Below, piece after piece: positions 1-8,141 of a stretch of DNA of 11,451 nucleotides (position 1 is its first letter; the number at the start of each line of letters is the position of its first letter). Source of the stretch: Octopus sinensis. Lineage: Eukaryota. The notes under the pieces were generated by a model, which did no database searches, was not told where the DNA came from, and saw only the letters and a list, made by a program, of their open reading frames with translations. The DNA lies in the NCBI RefSeq assembly GCF_006345805.1, contig NW_021826997.1:1-11451 (forward strand), written 5' to 3'. The position numbers were made by a program, and so were the translations under genes.

Positions 1-1310
1 CTCCAGAACATAATAGGTGGGGGTCATATGTTTCACAGAAAGGTAAAACCTATAACTTTAAAACGCAGCTAAAACACAAATTAAAATTGTCAGGCATATC
101 TCTGAATATACCAGTGTCATTGGTGAAAGAAACGCAAGAGAAACAATAAAAGACACCGGTAATGACACAGATCAATGCTTCACATTACGAGAATATAGGA
201 GAATAGAGCGCGTGACATAAGAGCATGGCTGAATTCTGTTGCCTGTTTTATTGTCTGTTCTGATCTCAGACCTTCTGTTTTCTTGAAGCTGAGTTAGCTT
301 ATGTAATGATTCATTCATTGCAATCACAGAATCCATTGGCTCTTTTGAAGACGCCAGCCTTCGGACACTATCATTGGTATTTTTTCATGACATCCTCACT
401 CAGTTTGGGAGATCCAATTTTCTTTCTAAAACTTTTCCAACATTGGAAGAAACAAGTTTCAATTTCAAACTAAGGCAATGCAAATCTTATTTCTAACTTC
501 AATGTCTACATTTTCATTGCTTTTATTATTGTTAGGTGTTTGCGATTATTAATTGCGTTTTCGTGATGGATTCTTTTCTTTAAATATTCTTCATTTCTGA
601 TATTTTTCGCTTTCAGAATGTCCCTTATTAAGTTAACAAGACCTTGGTTGTTTTCTCTCCAAATTTTATACTAATATACCGTGTTTTCATATAAAATATA
701 CTTGCAAAATAAAACGAAGTTTCTCTTGTGTTCGTTTTATGTATTTTCTGTTTTATTTGCTTGGACTGAGGAGTTCAATCTGACAATTATATTTCATTTT
801 CATCTTTGGGTAAAGGCATATTAGTTTCTCTTGTTGGTGAGTTTTGTACGCATGATTTCCGTAAATTTATATGAAAAATTCCTCTTGAGCATTCCTCCAG
901 TAAGAAGTAATTTTAGAGAATTGATACATCTTTATTGGGATAATTTGACCTATTTTAAGTTTGGTGACGGGTGACAGTGCGATGCGGTTTTGCTAAAGAC
1001 CGTGACCCGATGTCCATATCTACATGTGATCTGAGAGGTTTGGACACTGTAAGCATTTAAAACATGATTTTTGAATACTAAATAGCAATAAATTTTACGG
1101 AATTTTACTTATGCTGTTAACTTTCAACAATTCGGCAACTCTTTTACGGTTTCATTTATTGCTTTGGGGTATTTTAAAGCAATGATTAAACTTACTTGCA
1201 TGGTAAACATCCCCAGCGGTGTTGTTTCTGTTGTTGTTGCTGTAATTAGCAGTAATCGTACTAATAAATATTGTTGTTGTAGTGTATAATTTTCATATCT
1301 GTTATTACAG

Positions 1311-1494
1311 CCTGTATGCCGATTCGCAATATCAATGAACGGTGCTAAACTGAAGACTGAAAGGTCCTGCAGCACATACAGAAAATGTGTTGAAGCTATG
1401 AGAAACAATACCCTTACATGCAATAAACGGACGAATGGCACGTCTTGTACTGGTTGTTGCGTCGGACACTTATGTAACAAGAATGATTTCATTG
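1311..1494 (+). CDS. Internal coding exon A: C-terminal half of a Ly6/uPAR (LU, three-finger) domain
   Basis: Acceptor tttcatatctgttattacAG (ends 1310), donor GTAAGT (1495-1500); 184 bp, phase 0 to 1. Translation PVCRFAISMNGAKLKTERSCSTYRKCVEAMRNNTLTCNKRTNGTSCTGCCVGHLCNKNDFI(G) has 8 Cys ending in the CxxCCxxxxCN signature of LU domains. Confidence 0.88.
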
Positions 1495-1595
1495 GTAAGT
1501 GGTACTTATTGTCTATATAACACTAACAAGTTTATTACAAATTGATAGTTAATAAGAACATTTTATAGTAATTAATATACGGGAAAATATTTTGA

Positions 1596-1608
1596 TGTGT
1601 GTATACGT

Positions 1609-1648
<40 letters not shown>

Positions 1649-1740
1649 TATATATATGTGTGTATATATATGTTTGCAATGCTCTCTCTCCCTCTCTCCC
1701 TCTCCCCTCTCTCTATCTCTCTAACACACACACACTCACA
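1596..1740. repeat. Compound microsatellite (TA)n-(CT)n-(CA)n
   Basis: Read directly. Confidence 0.95.
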
Positions 1741-2037
1741 GATGGAATCAAACACCACGACATGAAGGAAAAGAGTAAAAGAGAGCACTTTTGGCGAGTG
1801 AGCAAAATATTGATTTGAAAGCTGAATGCCTGGAACATAATTTCGGCGATAAACTCGCACGCAGTCGCAGTAGTTCGGAATGATGCTGGAAAACTGAAGT
1901 GGACAGAGGAGAAGCTAAAGGAGTTGGACAGGAAGTCAAGAAAGGTCCTATCGATGTATGGAACCAATCATCCATGTGCAGGCATTGATAGCCGATACAC
2001 GAAGAGAGCGACAGGAAGAAAGGGAATGATAAGTGTA
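1741..2037 (+). mobile_element. Degenerate non-LTR retrotransposon fragment, R4/Dong-like (region downstream of the RT core)
   Basis: Single frame DGIKHHDMKEKSKREHFWRVSKILI*KLNAWNIISAINSHAVAVVRNDAGKLKWTEEKLKELDRKSRKVLSMYGTNHPCAGIDSRYTKRATGRKGMISV resembles the R4/Dong motif series KLNxxN-AIN-AV-W-ELDRKTRK-HP-DRLY-GGRGL. One in-frame stop at 1816-1818. Confidence 0.85.
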
Positions 2038-2060
2038 TATATATATATATATATATATAT

Positions 2061-2290
2061 AATAATTATTATTTGAGTGAATAAAATCCAAACTTACAAG
2101 GAAAAAATTAAATTTAGAAATACTAAATCAAATTTCACATAATATAAGATATATATAAAAAATTAAAATAAAAAAACCAGCTTTTATCAATTCAAAATGA
2201 ACAACTAAATTACACCATCTAGAAAATTACATATAATAGAAATATAAAAAATAAATAACAATTAAATGTCAATGCTTAAAAAAATTGCAA
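2061..2290. repeat. Possible AT-rich interspersed repeat fragment between microsatellites
   Basis: Non-simple A-rich block (ccaaacttacaaggaaaaaattaaatttagaaatactaaatcaaatttcacata) bounded by (TA)n and (AAT)n; resembles a recurring octopus repeat by recollection only. Confidence 0.3.
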
Positions 2291-2481
2291 ATAATAATAA
2301 TAATAATAAAAACGTATATAATAGGTAGAATAAGAATAATATATATATATATATATATAGTATTTTAAGTGTATATGTGATTATGAATGTATATTTTTAT
2401 CTACGTATGTGGGTTTTCTGTGCATCTATGACGTGTGTCTCATTTATAAACGCAGCGATTATTTTCTATATCAATCCATAG

Positions 2482-2564
2482 GCTGGACCAAATCCCTCGT
2501 ATTTCGTTTGATTTTTAAAAAGTTCAACGAATATAAAATCCCCGCTGAGAACATATCAAGAGCC
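2482..2564 (+). CDS. Internal coding exon B of the same gene (start of SEA-like domain)
   Basis: Acceptor ttttctatatcaatccatAG (ends 2481), donor GTGAGT (2565-2570); 83 bp, phase 1 to 0, matching exon A. Translation (G)WTKSLVFRLIFKKFNEYKIPAENISRA. Confidence 0.8.
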
Positions 2565-2935
2565 GTGAGTAGATATCTGCCCTCTCTCTCTCTTTCTCCG
2601 TACACAGACGCGCGTGCGCGCACACATATGCACTGAACATGCGCACACATGCATACACATACACACTCTCACGCACACATACACACACACACATGCATAT
2701 TTTATAGAAGAAATGTGAAACGTCAAATAAATAGTGAGGTTTCATGAAATTCAGACAATCAACTCCATTTACTGATAGTAAACTATTACATAAAACTTTC
2801 TTTTTTAACTTACTGAATTTTTGCTGGTCAATAAAAAGACTGTTCTATCCACTATTTTGTCTTTATATATTCCGTGATATAACTTCCGATTCTGACAGTA
2901 AATAAAATCCTACTCAAATATTCACTAATCTTGTG

Positions 2936-2938
<3 letters not shown>

Positions 2939-3023
<85 letters not shown>
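2939..3023. repeat. (CA)n microsatellite, about 42 units with one interruption
   Basis: Read directly; source of the poly-HT and poly-CV pseudo-ORFs. Confidence 0.97.
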
Positions 3024-3024
<1 letters not shown>

Positions 3025-3170
3025 GAATATATGTAATCACACACTTTCTTTTGGTAATACTTTTCTTCTCAACATTTTCGTTGTCCTTTCTGACAAAGAG
3101 ATATGCTCGGAACATTAAAAACCCTCTCATTTCCCCCACTTTACCGAGTGTCAAGCTAATATATTTATAT

Positions 3171-3483
3171 ATAATTATATTCTCAAACGCAGGATAATGC
3201 TAATAGTATAGCATGAACAGGATAAACTATTCACCTGTTGCCGAAAACTCTGTCGGCGGCCAGATTACGCGTCTTATAAAGCTAGATGTATATAGCCTAA
3301 ATTTGCAGAAGTATTTGTCGTTCACGCAGTTTAGCTTAATGGTAAAGCAATTAAAGCGTAATCACAGGGGTGTGAGTTGTAGTCACATAGCTGGCCGCCG
3401 ACAGATTTTTCTGCAAATTATGGATATTTCATCCGGTTCACGTTATATCATTAGCATTATCCTGCGTTTCAGAATAAAATTAT
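3171..3483. mobile_element. Foldback / MITE-like element with 93-bp imperfect terminal inverted repeats
   Basis: 3171-3263 aligns without gaps to the reverse complement of 3391-3483 (about 16 mismatches by hand count), with perfect cores AAACGCAGGATAATGCTAAT (3185-3204 / 3450-3469) and TCTGTCGGCGGCCAG (3249-3263 / 3391-3405). No clear target-site duplication. Confidence 0.7.
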
Positions 3484-3580
3484 TTCTTTATTTTTCAATA
3501 CATCTCAACACTTTTAAATCAAACTTAGTTTCTTTCATTTAATGTATATATATATATATATATACATCCGTCTTTTGCAG

Positions 3581-3633
3581 ATGGAGCATGACCTTTCAAC
3601 CGTGACGGGAACATTTAGAGTTGAAGGCTGTGG
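3581..3633 (+). CDS. Internal coding exon C of the same gene
   Basis: Acceptor catccgtcttttgcAG (ends 3580), donor GTAAAC (3634-3639); 53 bp, phase 0 to 2, bridging exons B and D. Translation MEHDLSTVTGTFRVEGC(G). Too short to appear in the ORF track. Confidence 0.75.
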
Positions 3634-3849
3634 GTAAACAATGCTTCTAACACATTTATTCAAATTTATTTGGTTTTGTTCCAAACATTCAATTTTATCG
3701 CATGTATTATAAGCCACAATATTCAACAATGTTGTACTTGTGACTCATAATATACTAATTCATACATTCAATGAAATGTTTAAGTGTTTTATCCATGTTT
3801 TATTATACAAAGGACACACAAACCCATATAAAGATACACAGAGAAACTG

Positions 3850-3883
3850 TATATATACTTGTATATATGTACACATATATATG

Positions 3884-3915
<32 letters not shown>

Positions 3916-3916
3916 C
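3850..3916. repeat. Imperfect (TA)n tract, left flank of the inverted-repeat element
   Basis: Read directly. Confidence 0.9.
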
Positions 3917-4193
3917 ATTTCAACAATTGAGGGTAAAATTAATTAATTATTAATCAATTTCACCAAGTATTCAGTATGTAAAGGGACCATTTTAGGCGAA
4001 TTCAAAATATTACATTATATATAAGGGCTTAGTAAAATAAATTACTTTGCCACATACTGAACTCATTAGAAATAGCAGCTAAAGAAATTTCTTCAGCTAT
4101 TTCTAATACTTAAAGAAGATCTCTCTCAGATAGTGTTTGCCTAAGCCAACTCACAAAGGTATGGGGGAAAAAAACATTAAAAAATCAAGTGCA

Positions 4194-4263
4194 AAGGTTA
4201 TTTGAGAACGTACGTTTCTAGATTAGTCAATTCGACATTTCTTTCGTCAGCTCAGAATTCCTT
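4194..4263 (-). ncRNA. Minimal type I hammerhead ribozyme motif (inverted copy)
   Basis: Exact reverse complement of 4685-4754 inside the inverted arm. Confidence 0.7.
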
Positions 4264-4684
4264 GAATCGGATTTGGGAACACTGAAAGTTAGGAGCATAC
4301 CCTTTCGGCTTCTTATCACTTCCAGAATTCTGCTCGAACTAAAAGTAATTTATTTTACTAAGCCCTTATATATAATGTAATATTTTGAATTCGCCTAAAA
4401 TGGTCCCTTTACATACTGAATACTTGGTGAAATTGATTAATAATTAATTAATTTTACCCTCAATTGTTGAAATTATAATTCATCTCGCTCTGTTAAATGC
4501 TGCGGTTTTCACCGTTAATACATGGTGTTTGTCAATTTTAACCCACGCTGGTGGAAGGGGGAGAGCAGAAATTCTTCGCTTGCATATTCGAATTTGGTAG
4601 CACTTTTAGTTCGAGCAGAATTCTGGAAGTGATAAGAAGCCGAAAGGGTATGCTCCCAACTTTCAGTGTTCCCAAATCCGATTC

Positions 4685-4754
4685 AAGGAATTCTGAGCTG
4701 ACGAAAGAAATGTCGAATTGACTAATCTAGAAACGTACGTTCTCAAATAACCTT
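4685..4754 (+). ncRNA. Minimal type I hammerhead ribozyme motif
   Basis: Stem I TGAG (4694-4697) / CTCA (4742-4745), extendable through ATT/AAT and AAGG/CCTT; core CTGACGA (4698-4704); stem II AGA..GTC-gaatt-GAC..TCT; GAAA (4730-4733); minimal palindromic stem III ACGTACGT; GUU triplet with predicted cleavage after 4741. The first stem II pair is a non-canonical A-A. Confidence 0.7.
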
Positions 4755-4931
4755 TGCACTTGATTTTTTAATGTTTTTCCCCCATACCTTTGTGAGTTGG
4801 CTTAGGCAAACACTATCTGAGAGGATCTTCTTTAAGTATTAGAAATAGCTGAAGAAATTTCTTTAGCTGCTATTTCTAATGAGTTCAGTATGTGGCAAAG
4901 TAATTTATTTTACTAAGCCCTTATATATAAT

Positions 4932-4965
4932 ATATATATATACATATATATATATTTAAATATAC

Positions 4966-5015
<50 letters not shown>

Positions 5016-5060
5016 ATAATATATATAATATATATATATATATAATATATATTATATATA
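4932..5060. repeat. Imperfect (TA)n tract between the inverted-repeat element and the RTE fragment
   Basis: Read directly. Confidence 0.95.
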
Positions 5061-5583
5061 CTGTATGATGCATGTGTTACGAAAGCTATGCTACATGGCA
5101 GTGGAACATGGGTCGTGACTGCTGAGGACATGCGTAAGCTCGTGAGGAACGAAGCCAGTATGCTCCGATGGATGTGTAATGTCAGCCTACCTACTCGACA
5201 GAGCGTTAGTACCTGAGAGAAATGTTGTACCTCAGAAGCATCAGTTGTGTGTGTGCAAGAGAGACGATTGCGCTGGTATGGTCATGTGGCGAGAATGGAT
5301 GAAGATAGGTGTGTGAGAAAGTGCCAATCCCTAGCAGTTGAGGGAACCCGTGGAAGAGGTAGACCCAGGAAAACTTGGGACGAGGTGGTGAAGCACGACT
5401 TCGAACGTTAGGTCTCACCATGGAAATGACTAGAGACCGAGACCTATGGAAGTATGCTGTGCGTTGAGAAGACCGGCAAGACTAGTGAAGCAATACTCCG
5501 TGGCCCCTACCTGGGACGTAGTCAGTCCACCTGTGCATACCTTCCTTCTTGTGACACTTGTGAAGACCTGTTGAGGCAAGTGA

Positions 5584-5632
5584 GAATCGAATCGAATCGA
5601 ATCAAATCAAATCAAATCGAAACAAATCAAAA
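5584..5632 (+). repeat. (AATCG)n/(AATCA)n pentanucleotide microsatellite in the RTE 3' UTR
   Basis: aatcgaatcgaatcgaatcaaatcaaatcaaatcg read directly. Confidence 0.9.
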
Positions 5633-5675
5633 TAGATGAAAATCAATGGAATTTGTATCCTTGTGGACCAGTGCC

Positions 5676-6133
5676 GGTGGCACATAAGAAAAACCATCCG
5701 AACGTGACCGTAGCCAGTACCGCAACGACGGCCTCCGTGCTGAGGGCACGTAACAAACACCATCCGAGCGTGGCCGTCCGCCAGCCTCGTCTGGCACCTG
5801 TGTCGGTGACACATAAGAAAACACCATCCGAGCGTGGCCGTCAGCCAGCCTCGTCTGGCACCTGTGTCGGTGGCACATAAAAAACACCATCCGAGTGTGG
5901 CCGTCTGCCAGCCTCGTCTGGCACCTGTGTCGGTGGCACATAAAAACCACCATCCGAGCGTGGCCGTCAGCCAGCCTCGTCTGGCACCTGTGTCGGTGGC
6001 ACATAAAAAACACCATCCGAGCGTGGCCGTCAGCCAGCTCGTCTGGCACCTGTGTCGGTGGCACATAAAAAACACCATCCGAGCGTGGCCGTTCGCCAGC
6101 CTCGTCTGGCCCCTGTGTCGGTGGCACATAAAA
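5676..6133 (+). repeat. 63-bp GC-rich tandem minisatellite within the RTE 3' UTR
   Basis: catccga anchors at 5695 (degenerate unit), 5761, 5825, 5888, 5951, 6014 and 6076; spacing 62-66 bp; six near-identical units. Confidence 0.95.
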
Positions 6134-6462
6134 TCACCCACTACACTCTCGGAGTGGTTGGCGTTAGGAAGGGCATCCAGCTGTAGAAACACTGCCAGAT
6201 CTGACTGGCCTGGTGCAGCCTTCGGGCTTGCCAGACCCCAGTTGAACCGTCCAACCCATGCTAGCATGGAAAACGGACGCTAAACGATGATGATGATGAT
6301 GATGATACATACGCATTGAGTCGAAACAGAGGCAGCTGAAGAAGGGAATTTTCCTTGTATTGTTTGTCCTGTTTTTCGTTGTTGAAAAAAGTCTGTTTCC
6401 TTTTTGATTTTATGTTTTCGCTTCTCGTTGTGTTCTACGCTTTTTTGTGGTGTCCTGTACTC

Positions 6463-6640
6463 ATATATATATGTATATATACATATAGATGTAGGTATGT
6501 ACATATATGTATGTATGTATGCATATGTTTTATTTATTAAATTGCTGTATATATATGTATATATATATACATACATATACATCACACATATATATACACA
6601 CATATATATACACACATATATATGGGTGTGTATATATATA
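6463..6640. repeat. Degenerate (TA)/(TATG)/(CA) microsatellite
   Basis: Read directly. Confidence 0.9.
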
Positions 6641-6823
6641 AATTGAGTTGGGTATCGGCAATTTGAAACCAACAAGGAAATAATTCACAGTCACTAAGTG
6701 TGAAAAGAGTGCAGTGAGCACCAGTATTATTAGAAATATTAGTCATAGACTCCTTAGCCACAAAAAGACATATGGTCTGTTTGCATTGACAGTGGGGAGA
6801 ACATTCCCCACGGTAAGCCAGAT

Positions 6824-6877
6824 GGATTAGATTAGCATGGTAATTTCTAATAGGAAGTTAATACTCATCAGCAATGC
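6824..6877 (-). ncRNA. Degenerate hammerhead ribozyme-like motif
   Basis: Minus strand: GCATTG-CTGATGA-gtattaacttcctatta-GAAA-TTAccatgcTAA-TC-TAATCC. Intact core boxes, stem III AUUA/UAAU, AUC triplet, stem I AUUG/UAAU; stem II pairs poorly. Confidence 0.4.
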
Positions 6878-7031
6878 TCACTCCATTACGGCTGGTGGAG
6901 GCTAACTCCCGCCTGTCAATATCATTGAGAATGACATAAAAATGAGTGATTGATTTCACAAAATGGCAATGTGAAGATTATAAAATATTGAAGGTAGCTA
7001 ACACACATTTTAAAACCAACCAGGTAATTAT

Positions 7032-7064
<33 letters not shown>

Positions 7065-7073
7065 GTATGTATC

Positions 7074-7475
7074 TCTCTCACTTTTTTCTCTCTTTTACTT
7101 GTTTCAGTCATTTGACTGCGGCCATGCTGGAGCACCACCTTTAATCGAGCAAATCGACTCCGGGACTTATTCTTTGTAAGCCCAGTACTTATTCTATCGG
7201 TCTCTTTTGCCGAACCGCTAAGTGACGGGGAGTAAACACACCAGCAATGCTTGGGAGACAAACACAGACACACAAACACACACACATACACACACACACA
7301 TATATATACATATATACGACAGGCTTCTTTCAGTTTCCGTCTACCAAATCCACTCACAAGGCATTGGTCGGCCCGGAGCTATAGCAGAAGACACTAGCCC
7401 AAGATGCCACGCAGTGGGACTGAACCCGGAACCATGTGGTTGGTTAGCAAGCTACTTACCACACAGCCACTCCTG
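7074..7475 (-). mobile_element. tRNA-derived SINE (octopus-type), near full length
   Basis: Minus strand begins caggagTGGCTGTGTGGtaag (A-box-like) ... GGTTCAGTCCC (B-box-like), has an internal (TA)/(TG) tract and a purine-rich tail; homologous to 10094-10379 and 10836-11260. Confidence 0.9.
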
Positions 7476-7993
7476 TATATGTATAAATACATATATAAAG
7501 TGTATTCAAAGATTTATGCAGGGAGCGAAGACCTTCATGTGCATTTCTTAGTGGACGAATATATTCGTAAGACCAACTTTTAGTCACCCGCTTGTAGTTC
7601 GAGCCTCCTTCACTAATTCTGTTCTCAACCATACTGAATGCGGTTATTTTAGCTATGATGATCCAATCCTGAGCTATATTTGAATATACTGATAGAAAGC
7701 GATGTGAAAGACAGTGGTGATGGTGGTGGAGCGGAAAGTGATGAAAAGTATTGATGGTGATGGCGTCAGAAGTCTGGATGGCGTGTGTATGGCAGATATG
7801 GTGGCGATGGTGGTGGTACTGTTGTTTATCATGAAGCTTTGCAATAAGTTCCGAGTCGACAAATTATATCATTGCTTTGATGAAAATTGTTCATTGCTTG
7901 AGAAATATTCATGTTTCATGAAATTTAATATGTACTCAATGCATGGTGTCATTGTTGGGCCCAAGGATTAACAGGGGAGCTTTTAAACGAATG

Positions 7994-8037
<44 letters not shown>

Positions 8038-8106
8038 TATATATATAATATATATATATCAATGTATATTTCTAGCTAGCTAGCTAGCTACATACATACA
8101 TACATA
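7994..8106. repeat. Compound microsatellite (TA)n-(TAGC)n-(TACA)n just upstream of exon D
   Basis: Read directly. Confidence 0.93.
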
Positions 8107-8141
8107 CCGACATACATGTATGTATTTATTTTTTATTTCAG

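Larger units (their letters stand above)
3917..4931. mobile_element. Non-coding Penelope-like / retrozyme-like element with nested inverted and partial tandem repeats
   Basis: 3917-4048 is the reverse complement of 4342-4473 (132 bp). 4014-4346 is the reverse complement of 4602-4931 (one substitution and two small indels seen). 4342-4376 is directly repeated at 4897-4931. Contains hammerhead motifs; both ends abut (TA)n tracts. Confidence 0.75.
5061..6306 (+). mobile_element. 5'-truncated RTE-clade LINE: end of ORF plus 3' UTR and (GAT)n tail
   Basis: Translation with about three frameshifts: LYDACVTKAMLHGSGTWVVTAEDMRKLVRNEASMLRWMCNV...QERRLRWYGHVARMDEDRCVRKCQSLAVEGTRGRGRPRKTWDEVVKHD...RDRDLWK. 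RLRWYGHV and GxRxRGRPRKTW are RTE hallmarks. Ends in palindrome CCATGCTAGCATGG (6256-6269) and (GAT)7 (6286-6306). Confidence 0.92.

Noticed and set aside
978-1048. Possible upstream exon ending at GTAAGC with two Cys
   Set aside because: No polypyrimidine tract and no CxxC expected for the first half of an LU domain; the true upstream exon is probably outside the window.
170-1100. Minus-strand A-rich, coding-like stretches (e.g. KSCFKCLQCPNL near 1030-1075; an open frame at about 170-385)
   Set aside because: Could be a decayed retroelement ORF, but it has frequent stops and no motif I can assign; needs a translated search against Repbase/Dfam.
1335-1520. Stand-alone 61-aa Cys-rich toxin-like peptide
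   Set aside because: No signal peptide; the frame opens at a splice acceptor upstream of the ATG and a GTAAGT donor precedes the stop, so it is an internal exon.
2852-3197. Poly-HT, poly-CV and (elsewhere) poly-YI ORFs
   Set aside because: Translations of (CA)n and (TA)n microsatellites.
5757-6133. CRISPR-like regular repeats
   Set aside because: Units are contiguous near-identical copies with no unique spacers; eukaryotic context and no cas genes.
5602-6283. Longest ORFs (221, 166 and 149 aa) with 21-aa Cys/His-rich repeats
   Set aside because: By-products of the 63-bp minisatellite in a LINE 3' UTR; open in several frames on both strands.
7400-7475. tRNA gene suggested by A/B boxes
   Set aside because: It is the tRNA-derived head of a SINE; no cloverleaf, and it continues into the SINE body.
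7674-7971. ORFs over a GGT/GAT-rich stretch
   Set aside because: Low-complexity degenerate trinucleotide sequence; no convincing splice sites and not needed for phase continuity of the gene.
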